From contig OZ223209.1 of assembly GCA_965140415.1 (NCBI GenBank), forward strand, positions 4,736,001 through 4,800,000: DNA of 64,000 bases. The letters are read 5' to 3'. Position 1 is the first letter of the stretch; every line of letters starts with the position of its first letter. The position numbers were made by a program, and so were the translations under genes. The notes below the pieces were generated by a model. The model was not told where the DNA came from. It saw only the letters and a program-made list of their open reading frames with translations, and searched no databases. Source of the DNA: Myxococcota bacterium. Lineage in GTDB: Bacteria; Myxococcota_A; SURF-8. Of the stretch, positions 49,282-59,599 are shown one piece after another.

Positions 49282-52200
49282 CTATTTGAAGATGTTGCAA
49301 TCGCAACCGGACACGGACTGATTACCCGCCACCTGCAAGGACCATTCACTGCACTGATTTCCGGAGGTGAAATCGATATGCAGGTAAACATCGAAATCGT
49401 CATCGGAGAAATAATCGTCATCTTCGCAGAATTTGACGACTTCATTCAATCCCGTTCCCTGCGCAGCCGTGATGGGTGTGGCGGCACAACTTCCCTTACG
49501 CGCTTCCAGTGTGTAGTTCATTCCCGGAGGAACGCTCAAGATGGCCCAGGCGCTCAAATAAGTACACCAGCCACTGCCTTCGCGGATACGCACCTTGTAC
49601 CACATCTCTCCCACGCCGGTCACGATCTCACTTACGTCCGATCCGGCATCGCCGCGAATTTCCGATCCGCCTTCGATATTCTGCAATTGCACGGCATGGG
49701 CGCAATCAAACCCTGGAACGGTCAGATCCACTTCACAACCATTTCCACTTTGCAGGTCGCAATCGGCGTGACCATCGACGCAATTGGAATCGCAAACACC
49801 GCCGTTGCATTCCGCCGTTCCACCCGGCAGGTTGCAGCTATGACCGCAGGAACCACAGTTGTCTACGTCGCTGGAAACATCGTGCTCGCAACCGTTGTAT
49901 TCCTGCTCGTCGCAGTTTCCCCATCCGTTTTCGCAGGTTCCGACAAGACACTCGCCGCCCACGCAGAGATACTGATCCACATGTTCGCCCGGATTCAGAT
50001 CCCAGCAGCTGATATCACAACCACCGCAATGATGCGGGTCGCCCATGAGATTGACTTCGCAGCCGTCTTCGGCAACTCCGTTGCAGTTGTCATAACCGGT
50101 CAGACAGCCGTCCTCGGCCACGTCGCATTCGCCATCCACGCAAACGTGATCCACTACGAAATCCAGTTCGCACTCTTGCAAACAGCCGCCGCAATGGGTG
50201 ACATTGTTGTAAATATCGGTCTCACAGCTACTGTCGGCGATGCCGTCGCAATTGTCCCAGCCTTCGTCGCAAGGACCCTGAGTGCAATCCCCGCTGCTGC
50301 AAACCGCGCCACTGCGATGTTCGAAGTTTTCACAGGGATCGTTGCATAAACCGCAGTGATCCATATCGGTTTGCAAATCCGCCTCGCAACCATCGGAATC
50401 GTCCAGGTTGCAATCTTGATAGGTTCCATCACAGGCTCCCATCCAACAATGACCCGCCGTACAATGTCCTGTTGCATTGTCATAGTCACAGGAAACTTCG
50501 CATGAACCGCAATGCTGCGGGTCCGTATTGGTCAACGTTTCACAACCGTTGGCGATATTGTCATCGCAATGCCCGCGTCCCTGATCGCAAGAAAGTACCT
50601 GGCAATCACCCTGGACGCATTGCCCAACACCGTAGAGGATCGAACATACGCTGTTACAGTCCCCGCAGTTGTTGATATCATTGTAGATATCGGTTTCGCA
50701 GCCGTTGGTGCTCTGGCAATCCTTGTAGCCTTCGTCACATAATCCCATCGAGCAGCTGCCGTCGGTGCAAACGCCCTGTGCATGGGTGTATTCGCAGGCG
50801 TAATTGCAAATACCGCAGTTTTCCGGGTCATCCGCTACATAATCACCGCAACCGGTTGTGAAGTCATCGTCGCAATTTCCCCAGGGATATTCGCAGGATG
50901 TGATTTTACAAACCCCGTTGTTACAGATCGAGGTTCCATTGTCGACCGCACAGGAGTTCCTGCATTCGCCGCAATGCAATGCGGAAGTGAAGGTGTTGGT
51001 TTCACAACCATCGCTGTAGGAGTCGTTGCAGTCACCGCGACCGAAGTTGCAGCTTTCCACTGCACATTCGCCTTCGTCGCACATCGGCCAGCCGTAAGCC
51101 ACTTCACAAATATTCCGGCATTCGCCGCAATGCATGATGTTTTCATCCAGGTTGATTTCACAACCGTCATAGGCCTGACCGTTGCAATCGTCGTAGGGAG
51201 ACTGGCAGACATAACTGCACACTCCCTGCACACAAGCCGGGTCGGCGTTGGGTTTGGCAGGACAGTCAAGGCACAAATCCCCGCAGCAATCGGCAGTGTC
51301 GTTGACTACGCAGTCCGCTCCGCTCCGGTGATAGCCCGCTTCACATCCGTAATCGCACACGCCGTTGTCACACAAACCTACAGCATGTTCGGGTAGACTT
51401 ACGGTGCAGTTATCGCAGGCATCCCCGCAACAGTCGGGTTCGTTGACAGGTACGCAATAGCCGTTGCCTTCGGTGTAATGCCCCTGGCATTCGAAGTTGC
51501 AGCGATACACCTGCGAGAAGGGTTCACAGTAGGCTACGGAGTGTTCCGGCTCGTAGCAAGGCTCGCATAAACTACCGCAATGATTGACATCGCTGTCGCT
51601 TACGCAGGTGCCGTCGCAGTTGTGCGTGCCGACATCGCAGTTGGACACCTGTCCCAATAGCGAGATTTGCATATCCTGATCGATGTAGCCATCGTTCAAA
51701 ATACGAAGAATTCCCTGGCTCTGGCCCATCACATCCGAATAAAAGCGGATGGTGAATGTCAGTTCACTTTGCGCGCCGCTTTCGTCGCCGACAAGCACCG
51801 GGAAGGCTGTTGGCAGGTCAATAAATGAAAAATTCGCGCTGCTGCCGCTGGTAAAGGAAATCCCGTTGATCGCCAAAGTTCCACTGCCGCCGTTAGTAAT
51901 GCTGATTTCTTTAAGCGATTCATAGCCGGGACGCTGGTTTCCGAAATCGTAAACGGGACCGGCAGGAATGATTTCCACGTAAGGATCGACCATACGGCCT
52001 GTCAGCGTCAATTCCATCGAGCTCATAAATTGATCGTTGGTGCTGAACCCGAACTCCCGCGTTGCCGAAGATGGAAATCCACCCGGCACGGCACCGGTTG
52101 GGGATGTGAAATAGAAGCTCAATATGCCTGTGTCCTCCGGGCCCAGCTCCATGCTGCCGGTATATTGCATGCTGATCACGGCATTGGGGTCCAACGCGGT

Positions 52201-54042
52201 ACTGATCCAATGCAGATTGGATAATACCAGCGGAATCAAGCCAAGATTGCTGACGACATAATCCACACTGGCCATTTCACCCAGCGTGACGTCGCCGAAG
52301 TCATAGTCGGTTTCCGCCGGAGATAGTTGCAGGTGCGGCAACGAACCGATTCCCAATACCTGAACGCCGTATTCCGGGAAAATCGGATCGTCGGTCGTGA
52401 AAACGAGCTGAGCTTCATAGGCTCGTTCTTCAGTCGGTGCAAAACCGATTTGGAACGGGATGGTTTCTCCCGTTTGGATAGTGAATGGCGTCACGATGCC
52501 ACTGGCCGAGAATTCCGTTTCGCCATCGTAACGGACGCTTTGAATCAACACCGGCTGATTGCCGCCATTGATCAGCGAAAATTGCAGTGTATCCGAATCG
52601 TTAACCGCCACCGCGCCAAAATCCAGCACATCGGGAAGCGTGTACAACTCGAAATTCGTTCCCGTACCATCCAACGGAATGGAAATCTGGGAACCTTCCG
52701 CAGCATTGGAATAAATCACCAGGTTGCCATCTTGGCTGTTCAAGCTTGTAGGAGCGAAGGTCACCGTAATCACGACAGGCTCCGTCTCCGGCTCAAGAAC
52801 CAGATCCCCGTCATCGAATAGAGTACCAAGTTGCACAGTGAAGTCGCTTGAAGTACTAGAGTCCATTTCGATACGCCGAATCGTTACAGGGAACAACCCG
52901 GTTGCAGAAAGTGAAATCTCTTTCGTTGAATCGTGATTGAGTTTGACCGTACCGAAATGCAGGACATCCGGTGTAATAGTAAGATGCTTGCTGCCGCCGA
53001 TGCCGCTTAAATCAATCGCAAGAGGACTCATGATGGAGGCCGCGTTGTGACTCAACTTCAGTTCTCCACTGAACTCGCCTTCGCTGAACGGATCGAATTC
53101 CACTTCGATCTCGGCAGATTCTCCGGTTCGGATGTACAGCTTATTGGGAACATCCACACCCAATGCGAATACCCCTTCTTCGGGCGTAATCGTCAGATCC
53201 GAGATTTCCAAGACGTTCATATCGCCTTCGATCTGTTCATCGTTGTAGCAGGTCAACACCAGACTGGCCGGGTTATCCAGCACATCGACAGTCCCGAAGT
53301 CCAGTGATTCCGCATCGCAACGCAGTTGCGGTTGACCGCTCTGCACCGACTGCACCCGTACGCGCGCTTCAGCCTGATCGACGGCATTGGATTCGATTAC
53401 AACTTCATTGCTGTCCGCTCCGTTGTTCGATTGCAGGTAACGAATGGACAGGGCGTAGCTGTCACCAGAGGGAAGAGTAAAGGGAAAGCTGGTCGGCGGG
53501 TTGACGATTGTGAAATCGCCGCCCTCATAGGCCAGAGAAATGGAGGAAATAACGAGATCTCCCTCTCCGGTTGACTCGATCAACAGATCCTTGGAAAGCG
53601 ATTCGTCTCTAAGCAATGGCGGAAAATCCACCGATTCAGGCACCTGCATCGCGGCTTCCAGAATGACATCGGGTTCCTGTTCCAGATCGCCATCGATCAC
53701 GATATCCGGTTCGACGTCTTCATCCGCCGGAGAATCCAGATCCGTATCTCCGCTTAGGTCCGGGTCTCCGTCCACAATTTGATCGCCATCCGAAGACGGA
53801 TCGTTCATGCAATAGCCATCCAAGCAGCGCATCCCTTCGGGGCAGTCTTCATCCTCAGTGCAAGCATCGGCAGCCACACAGATATTCGACTGGCAGCGAA
53901 AGCCAAGATCGCATTCCGCATCCGTTTCACAGGGAGTTTCGGTTTCCGAAACGCCGCCATCCGAGCAACTCCACATTGCCAGCAAGAAAAACAGTAAAAG
54001 CCCAAACAACTTGAACGAAACACAACCGGATTGCCTAGTCAT
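49282..54042 (-). CDS. Giant surface lipoprotein/adhesin: six ASH (choice-of-anchor D)-like Ig domains and about 12 Cys-rich repeats
   Basis: Lipobox MWS-C, DGD linker, six xLDFGxV...LxGxG-type domains, twelve Dxx(H/N/C)CGxC-type repeats, C-terminal beta-rich domain. Confidence 0.8.
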   Translation of the reverse strand: MTRQSGCVSFKLFGLLLFFLLAMWSCSDGGVSETETPCETDAECDLGFRCQSNICVAADACTEDEDCPEGMRCLDGYCMNDPSSDGDQIVDGDPDLSGDTDLDSPADEDVEPDIVIDGDLEQEPDVILEAAMQVPESVDFPPLLRDESLSKDLLIESTGEGDLVISSISLAYEGGDFTIVNPPTSFPFTLPSGDSYALSIRYLQSNNGADSNEVVIESNAVDQAEARVRVQSVQSGQPQLRCDAESLDFGTVDVLDNPASLVLTCYNDEQIEGDMNVLEISDLTITPEEGVFALGVDVPNKLYIRTGESAEIEVEFDPFSEGEFSGELKLSHNAASIMSPLAIDLSGIGGSKHLTITPDVLHFGTVKLNHDSTKEISLSATGLFPVTIRRIEMDSSTSSDFTVQLGTLFDDGDLVLEPETEPVVITVTFAPTSLNSQDGNLVIYSNAAEGSQISIPLDGTGTNFELYTLPDVLDFGAVAVNDSDTLQFSLINGGNQPVLIQSVRYDGETEFSASGIVTPFTIQTGETIPFQIGFAPTEERAYEAQLVFTTDDPIFPEYGVQVLGIGSLPHLQLSPAETDYDFGDVTLGEMASVDYVVSNLGLIPLVLSNLHWISTALDPNAVISMQYTGSMELGPEDTGILSFYFTSPTGAVPGGFPSSATREFGFSTNDQFMSSMELTLTGRMVDPYVEIIPAGPVYDFGNQRPGYESLKEISITNGGSGTLAINGISFTSGSSANFSFIDLPTAFPVLVGDESGAQSELTFTIRFYSDVMGQSQGILRILNDGYIDQDMQISLLGQVSNCDVGTHNCDGTCVSDSDVNHCGSLCEPCYEPEHSVAYCEPFSQVYRCNFECQGHYTEGNGYCVPVNEPDCCGDACDNCTVSLPEHAVGLCDNGVCDYGCEAGYHRSGADCVVNDTADCCGDLCLDCPAKPNADPACVQGVCSYVCQSPYDDCNGQAYDGCEINLDENIMHCGECRNICEVAYGWPMCDEGECAVESCNFGRGDCNDSYSDGCETNTFTSALHCGECRNSCAVDNGTSICNNGVCKITSCEYPWGNCDDDFTTGCGDYVADDPENCGICNYACEYTHAQGVCTDGSCSMGLCDEGYKDCQSTNGCETDIYNDINNCGDCNSVCSILYGVGQCVQGDCQVLSCDQGRGHCDDNIANGCETLTNTDPQHCGSCEVSCDYDNATGHCTAGHCWMGACDGTYQDCNLDDSDGCEADLQTDMDHCGLCNDPCENFEHRSGAVCSSGDCTQGPCDEGWDNCDGIADSSCETDIYNNVTHCGGCLQECELDFVVDHVCVDGECDVAEDGCLTGYDNCNGVAEDGCEVNLMGDPHHCGGCDISCWDLNPGEHVDQYLCVGGECLVGTCENGWGNCDEQEYNGCEHDVSSDVDNCGSCGHSCNLPGGTAECNGGVCDSNCVDGHADCDLQSGNGCEVDLTVPGFDCAHAVQLQNIEGGSEIRGDAGSDVSEIVTGVGEMWYKVRIREGSGWCTYLSAWAILSVPPGMNYTLEARKGSCAATPITAAQGTGLNEVVKFCEDDDYFSDDDFDVYLHIDFTSGNQCSEWSLQVAGNQSVSGCDCNIFK

Positions 54043-54214
54043 CGGAAACCTCTTTTTCGGTACGGGATAATCGCCGAATTATCGAAGCAGGGTCGAGATG
54101 GACCCACTTCCTTATAATGATTTTCTAGTATAAATTGGAGAGATCTAAAAGCCAAGGGAAGTTCGCCACAAAAACGAGCTTTTCGCAAGTAAAGAAAAGG
54201 ATATCTTTACATGG

Positions 54215-54241
54215 AAAAACCCGGCATGAAGCCGGGTTTTT
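54215..54241. terminator. Intrinsic terminator after the OmpA-family gene
   Basis: AAAAACCCGGC-atgaa-GCCGGGTTTTT. Confidence 0.8.
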
Positions 54242-54267
54242 CAGGGATCACAGGAATCTGGCCATTC

Positions 54268-55374
54268 TTACTTGGTGATATTGAACTCCACGCGACGATT
54301 GCGCGCCCGTCCCGCACGGGTACGGTTGGTGTCGATCGGTTTGGTTTCGCCATATCCAACGGCTTTCAGGCGTTCCGCTTCCACGCCGCCCTTCTTGATC
54401 AGGTAATCGCGGACCGAATTGGCGCGTTTGTCGGAGAGGCGCATATTCAGCGCATCCGAGCCGTTGCTGTCGGTATGACCGGCGATTTCGACCTTCAACG
54501 TGGGATGCTCTTTCAGCGCCAAGGCGACTTCGTTAAGCAGCGGATAGCTCTTGGACAGAATCTTGGCTTTACCCGTAGCAAAGAAGATCGTCTGTTTCAA
54601 CTCGATCGCCTGATCGGTAACTTGAATCAGTTTGTAAGCCGTTTCTTCGGGGCAACCGTCTTCATCGTCGATACCATTGAAGGTTTCCGCCTTATTGGGA
54701 CACTTGTCGTCCGGGTCCAGGATACCGTCCTGGTCGTTATCCGGATCGGGGCAGCCGTCTTCGTCCTGGAAGTCATCTTTATCTTCCGGCTCCAACGGGC
54801 ACTGATCGTCCGTATCGAGGATGCCGTCTTCATCGTTATCCGGGTCGGGGCAGCCGTCTTCGTCCTGGAATTCGTCTTTATCTTCCGGCTCATCCGGACA
54901 CTTGTCGTCCTCGTCGAGCAGACCGTCCTGATCGTTATCCGGATCGGGGCAACCGTCTTCATCCTGGAAGCCATCTTTGTCCTCGGGATCGTCCGGGCAT
55001 TGATCGTTATCGTCCAGAATGCCGTCCTTATCGCGGTCGGGCGGTTCGCAGGCGAGCGCTTTACGATAAGCGATGGCGATCTGTTCGCGGCTTTTAGCCA
55101 GATGTTCACGCACTTTCGGGTAATCACCCTGTTCGATCTCGGAAAGGGCAAAGGCGCGCTGGGATTCAGCGATAGCCAATTCTTTCATGCCGCAGATCGG
55201 CCCGCCCAGTTCCTTGACTTCTTTCTGCTTGTTGCGCGTTTTCTTGGCATCGGCCTTGATCTGGTCAGCCGCATCCATCATCTGCTGTTTGGCGACGCAG
55301 CCGGAGGCCAGCACGCCGAACAGAAAAACGGCCATCACCATCATGACCACTGCTATCGTACTCAACCGTTTCAT
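54268..55374 (-). CDS. OmpA-family lipoprotein with thrombospondin type-3 repeats
   Basis: Lipobox ASG-C, four ~33-aa DxDxDGILDxxDxCP..EDxDxFQDEDGCP repeats, OmpA-C motifs IAGHTD, LSDKRANSV, GYGETKP, NRRVEF. Confidence 0.93.
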   Translation of the reverse strand: MKRLSTIAVVMMVMAVFLFGVLASGCVAKQQMMDAADQIKADAKKTRNKQKEVKELGGPICGMKELAIAESQRAFALSEIEQGDYPKVREHLAKSREQIAIAYRKALACEPPDRDKDGILDDNDQCPDDPEDKDGFQDEDGCPDPDNDQDGLLDEDDKCPDEPEDKDEFQDEDGCPDPDNDEDGILDTDDQCPLEPEDKDDFQDEDGCPDPDNDQDGILDPDDKCPNKAETFNGIDDEDGCPEETAYKLIQVTDQAIELKQTIFFATGKAKILSKSYPLLNEVALALKEHPTLKVEIAGHTDSNGSDALNMRLSDKRANSVRDYLIKKGGVEAERLKAVGYGETKPIDTNRTRAGRARNRRVEFNITK

Positions 55375-55409
55375 GTAACCGCCTTGGGCCTCGTGGTTAG
55401 AGCTTGGAC

Positions 55410-55820
55410 TTAATCTTCCCTGAACATGCTGTCACTGCCGCTCTTCTTCTTTTTCCCGGAACGGGTTTTCTTGCTTTTCTTCTCCGATTGATCTTCTTCG
55501 GGATCGTAAACGCGAGTGCGTCCCTTTGCCGCTTTGGCATTCGCTTTCTGGGCCAGATCAAGCGCCTTCTGGGCGAAACGCTCCGATTCCATAAAATCGG
55601 AATGACCGTGCTCGTCTTTGGCTTTATACAGATATTGCTGGGCTGCGTAATAATAGTACACAGACGCCACCTTATCCGCCGCTTCCTGCTCTTCAGCCGC
55701 TTTCAGTTCTTTTTCGGCATCCTGAATGACCAGAATCGACTTGATCGGACCGCAGCCCATCAGGATTATCGCCGAAAGAAACAAGCAGCCGATTATAGTT
55801 GCTGTTCGCACGAGTGTCAC
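55410..55820 (-). CDS. DUF4398-like small lipoprotein
   Basis: Lipobox LMG-C, AEKELKAA..YYYYAAQQYLYKA..SERFAQKA helical pattern. Directly upstream of the OmpA gene. Confidence 0.7.
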   Translation of the reverse strand: MTLVRTATIIGCLFLSAIILMGCGPIKSILVIQDAEKELKAAEEQEAADKVASVYYYYAAQQYLYKAKDEHGHSDFMESERFAQKALDLAQKANAKAAKGRTRVYDPEEDQSEKKSKKTRSGKKKKSGSDSMFRED

Positions 55821-55964
55821 TCCCTGTAATTTACTTTGTTCATTCAGGAAACTCGATCAAACGCTATCAAACAGACGCCCAATAGTCAAGTATTAGAACG
55901 GATCGCAATAGTATGAACCGTACATCTTAAAGGAATTCTCCTGGAATGTACGGGCCGGAAACAA

Positions 55965-57170
55965 TCAGAGCTTTCCTTCCAGCCGTTCAAAAATCTCAGG
56001 TGGTACGTCATGTCCAAGCTTGGACGCAATCGTCATGTGTTCGTTCGAGTTCTCCCAGTCCGACAAAGACAGATACAACAAACCGACTTCATAATGGAGT
56101 TCGGCGTTGATTGGGTTGGAATGAATGGAGGTTTCCACCTCTTCGATGCGACGGATGATTTCGGCCTCTATCGGAACATCCTCCGACGTCTTGACGATTA
56201 CGTAGCCGGATTCGATGTACGTCAGCATCGTGTCGCGGCGATCATCGTTGAAATGCATGAATTTGACGCCCACGCCCATTGCATTACCGGCGGAATTCTG
56301 TTCGATGCGTCGAACTTCCGCGTCCAATGCAAACTCGACGTGAGTCCAGGGATGTACGATAACGACCTTGATCTTGTCGCCTGCCGAATAGGATCCCATG
56401 GTTTTAATGAACATGCCGCCCAGACTGATGTCGCGTGTCAACAAATCGCGCATGGTATCCACGTCCCGAATGCGAACCATAAAGGACACCGGCTTACGCG
56501 GGTATTCCCGACGTTCATCTTCCGCATTCGCATTGACTTCTTCGATTTCGATCGGTTCCAAATCAGCGATATCGCTGGCCAGGTCTTCTACGGAAAACGA
56601 ACCGCTCTGTTCATATTCCGCGAAATCCGAGGAGATATCCTGAACCGCAACATCTTCAATCGGTTCTTCCTCGATATCGATGATTTCCTCATCCTCAGAG
56701 GACAGTTCATCAAGAGTATCCAGCCCTTCCAACTCCTCCAACTCTTCTTCACCGATGGTGTAAACGCTGGAGTCTTTTTCCGCTTCCACTTTCGCTTTCT
56801 TGGTTTTGGCGCTGGGAGGGGGAACGTATTTTCCGGTACGAATCGATTCAACAAAGGCTTCCCATTTGCCGCGCGCTTCATCGGGCATGGAAAAGAACTT
56901 CACACCCATACCCGGTCGCCCGTCACCCCGGTTGCTGTCGCCGACGGGGTCCGACCACATCACCTGCGCCAAGACTTCAATACTGTCTGCATGTTCGGGA
57001 AATTCGATGACGAGCTGAATCAACTGCCGTTTGGGTCTGGGATCGGGCAAAACCAGAAATAATCCATATTTACTGATATTGCCGGTTTCCAGCAAATGGG
57101 TTCCCTTACGGTCTTTGAGGTGTACGTTTACCGTTAGATCGTAACGCTCATATTTGCGGTTATTCTGCAT
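55965..57170 (-). CDS. Double PilZ-domain protein with acidic linker and C-terminal TPR-like helices
   Basis: RKYER...NISKYG and REYPR...DISLGG (RxxxR and D/NxSxxG in both domains), C-terminal AELHYEVGLLY. Confidence 0.85.
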   Translation of the reverse strand: MQNNRKYERYDLTVNVHLKDRKGTHLLETGNISKYGLFLVLPDPRPKRQLIQLVIEFPEHADSIEVLAQVMWSDPVGDSNRGDGRPGMGVKFFSMPDEARGKWEAFVESIRTGKYVPPPSAKTKKAKVEAEKDSSVYTIGEEELEELEGLDTLDELSSEDEEIIDIEEEPIEDVAVQDISSDFAEYEQSGSFSVEDLASDIADLEPIEIEEVNANAEDERREYPRKPVSFMVRIRDVDTMRDLLTRDISLGGMFIKTMGSYSAGDKIKVVIVHPWTHVEFALDAEVRRIEQNSAGNAMGVGVKFMHFNDDRRDTMLTYIESGYVIVKTSEDVPIEAEIIRRIEEVETSIHSNPINAELHYEVGLLYLSLSDWENSNEHMTIASKLGHDVPPEIFERLEGKL

Positions 57171-57364
57171 ACATCACCCCTTTAAGTACAGTCTACCTAC
57201 GCCCGCTAACGGGAATTATGTCCTATTTACCACAGGATGCACCAGTTTCGCAAGCAATATCGATTCGTTGAACCCAAGATCCCTTTGAAATCTCCATAAG
57301 CCGCCCCTAGTTATGATGGAGGAAAAAGTGCCCTCTAAAACGAACAAAATCCTGCGGCTTTTTC

Positions 57365-57393
57365 TTGACAAAGCTAGAAACACTGGATACTAT
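57365..57393 (+). promoter_or_regulatory. Sigma70 promoter of tRNA-Met
   Basis: TTGACA-17 nt-TACTAT. Confidence 0.75.
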
Positions 57394-57416
57394 CGCGACC
57401 CTCGAAGCTGGGCTCT

Positions 57417-57493
57417 GGCGGAGTAGCTCAGGAGGTTAGAGCATGCGGCTCATATCCGCAGTGTCGGGGGTTCAAGTCCCTCCTCCGCTACCA
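57417..57493 (+). tRNA. tRNA-Met (CAT), elongator type
   Basis: GGCGGAG/CTCCGCT acceptor stem, TGCGG-CT-CAT-AT-CCGCA anticodon arm, GGTTCAAGTCC T-loop, encoded CCA. Lacks initiator features (C1 mismatch, three G:C anticodon pairs). Confidence 0.93.
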
Positions 57494-57499
57494 GATATC

Positions 57500-57529
57500 A
57501 AGGGCTTGAAGGGTGACCTTCAAGCCCTT
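57500..57529 (+). terminator. Terminator hairpin after the tRNA
   Basis: AAGGGCTTGAAGG-gtga-CCTTCAAGCCCTT followed by CGTTCTGTTT. Confidence 0.75.
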
Positions 57530-57631
57530 CGTTCTGTTTAGCCCTTGCGTTCGCATCCATACGAACGCCGCTTGATGTAAGCGAATTTTCCCCATAACGG
57601 ATAATGGACCCCTAACGCCGGGCAACCGACG

Positions 57632-59599
57632 ATGATTCATGTAAACAACCTATCATTAAGTTTCGGTCCTCAGGACATTTTTCGGGAAGTCAACTGGCAC
57701 GTCGGCCCTACCGACCGCGTGGGTCTGATCGGCAATAACGGCTCGGGCAAAACAACGCTCATGCGCCTGATCGCCGGTGAGATCGAACCGGACGAAGGCA
57801 TGGTTTCCTGCGCCAAGCACACTTCTTTCGCCTATCTGCCGCAGTATGGCGTGGTGCATGGCAATCGCACGCTCTACGAGGAAGCCAGTTCGGTTTTCAC
57901 CGATGTCAAAGCCTTACAGGAGGAAGAAACTCAAATCCTGGCCGATCTGCACACCTTGGACGACCAATCCGCCCAATACCGGGATCAGGCAATGCGACTG
58001 GGAGAGATCCAGGATCGCATCCGCTTTTACGACGGCTACGCGATGGAGGAGAAAGTCGAGAAAGTGCTGACCGGTCTCGGCTTCAACCGTGAGCAGTTCA
58101 CACGCCACTGCGACGAATATTCGGGTGGCTGGCAGATGCGCGTGGCGCTGGCTAAGGTACTGCTCAAGCAACCGAACATGTTGCTGCTGGACGAACCGAC
58201 CAACTATCTGGATATCGAGGCGCGTGTTTTCTTGCAGGAGTGGTTGAAAAACTATCCCCATGCCATTTTGCTGGTCAGCCACGACCGTTTTTTCCTGGAT
58301 CAGGTCATCACGCGCATTACCGATGTCTACAACAACAAGTTGACCGATTACCACTGTAATTACAGTGACTACCTGGTGCAGCGCGAGGAGCGCGATCGAC
58401 AGCTGCGTGAGAAAGCCGACCAGATCGAAGAGGAACGCAAGCGTCTTCAAAGCTGGATCGACCGGTTCCGTTACAATGCGAAAAAAGCTCCAATGGTGCA
58501 GTCGCGCGTCAAGCAGTTGGAAAAACTGGAGAAAATAGAAATCCCGCCGGTGCGGCGTAAGATTCACTTCAATTTCCCACAGCCGGAACGGTCTGGAAAA
58601 GTCGTATTGGAAGCGGAAAACCTGGCTGCCGGTTACGGCGACGGACCCGACATTTTCAGCGATATCAATTTCCAGTTGGTGCGAGGCGAAAAGGTCGCCC
58701 TGGTCGGCGTCAACGGCGCGGGAAAAACCACCTTGATCAAGGTGCTGGCCGGATTGCTGGAAAATCGCCGTGGAGCGGCCCGGTTAGGCCACAATGTCAG
58801 CTTCGACTACTTCGCCCAGGATGTCCACAAGCAACTGGACCCAACTGTCACCGTTTACCAAACGCTGGAAAGGCCCTGCCCCTTCGATCTCGTACCGCAG
58901 TTGCGTAAATTGCTGGGAGCGTTTCTCTTTAGCGGGGAAGACATCGACAAGAAGGTATCCGTCCTTTCCGGTGGCGAGCGAAACCGGCTGGCCTTGGCGC
59001 GTATGCTGCTGGTGCCCTCCAATCTATTGTTGATGGATGAACCTACCAACCATCTGGACCTGGACGCCAAGGAAGTGCTGCTCACCGCGTTGAAAAAGTT
59101 TGACGGCACCGTGCTGTTCGTCAGCCACGACCGCTACTTCCTGGACCACCTGACCACCAAGGTGTACTCGCTGGAAAACGGTGAATGCAACGTTTTCCCC
59201 GGAGGATATGCCGACTTCCTGTACTACCGCGAACGGCATTTGTCTCAGAATCCCGTTCAACCGACGGAAGAGGAACTGAAGGAAGAAGCGAAGCAGTCGG
59301 CTCGCATGGACGCCAAAGAGGAGCGCGTCCGCAAGTGGAAAGAAGAAAAGAACCGCAAGCGGGAAATCGAACGACTCACCAAGCAGACCGCCGAACTGGA
59401 AGAAGAGGTTTTTTCTTTAGAGAGCAAGGCGGAAACCCTGGTAACGGAAATGGCCGATCCGAAATACTCCACCAATTTCGCGGAACTGGATAAGCTGGTT
59501 GTGAAAAAGGAAAAGCTGGACACCAAGATCGAAAAGGTCACCCGCCAATGGGAAGAATCCGCCAGCCGCCTGGAAGAACTGCAAGCGGAAGAAGAGTAA
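57632..59599 (+). CDS. ABC-F family ATPase (YheS/Uup-like)
   Basis: Two NBDs (GNNGSGKT/YSGGW/LDEPTNYLD; GVNGAGKT/LSGGE/MDEPTNHLD), no TM segments, C-terminal coiled coil. Confidence 0.95.
   Translation: MIHVNNLSLSFGPQDIFREVNWHVGPTDRVGLIGNNGSGKTTLMRLIAGEIEPDEGMVSCAKHTSFAYLPQYGVVHGNRTLYEEASSVFTDVKALQEEETQILADLHTLDDQSAQYRDQAMRLGEIQDRIRFYDGYAMEEKVEKVLTGLGFNREQFTRHCDEYSGGWQMRVALAKVLLKQPNMLLLDEPTNYLDIEARVFLQEWLKNYPHAILLVSHDRFFLDQVITRITDVYNNKLTDYHCNYSDYLVQREERDRQLREKADQIEEERKRLQSWIDRFRYNAKKAPMVQSRVKQLEKLEKIEIPPVRRKIHFNFPQPERSGKVVLEAENLAAGYGDGPDIFSDINFQLVRGEKVALVGVNGAGKTTLIKVLAGLLENRRGAARLGHNVSFDYFAQDVHKQLDPTVTVYQTLERPCPFDLVPQLRKLLGAFLFSGEDIDKKVSVLSGGERNRLALARMLLVPSNLLLMDEPTNHLDLDAKEVLLTALKKFDGTVLFVSHDRYFLDHLTTKVYSLENGECNVFPGGYADFLYYRERHLSQNPVQPTEEELKEEAKQSARMDAKEERVRKWKEEKNRKREIERLTKQTAELEEEVFSLESKAETLVTEMADPKYSTNFAELDKLVVKKEKLDTKIEKVTRQWEESASRLEELQAEEE

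Noticed and set aside
49069-51396. Long plus-strand ORFs (426, 178 and 204 aa)
   Set aside because: Antisense shadows of the Cys-rich adhesin, with no recognisable motifs.
54648-55040. ~99-bp tandem DNA repeats as a possible CRISPR or VNTR
   Set aside because: In-frame coding TSP3 repeats with synonymous variation. No spacers or cas genes.
49282-55374. TraA/TraB outer-membrane-exchange pair
   Set aside because: The OmpA-TSP3 protein lacks TraB's N-terminal beta-barrel, lies upstream rather than downstream, and is separated by a terminator. The large protein has no evident PA14-like domain or MYXO-CTERM tail.
54211-55413. 400-aa plus-strand ORF with repeats
   Set aside because: Antisense shadow of the OmpA-TSP3 gene. 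Its repeats mirror the real protein's Asp-rich repeats.
56010-57062. 350-aa plus-strand ORF
   Set aside because: Fully antisense to the PilZ gene, which has clear motifs.
57417-57529. tRNA as an integration site (att)
   Set aside because: No duplicated tRNA 3' end or integrase was seen in the window.
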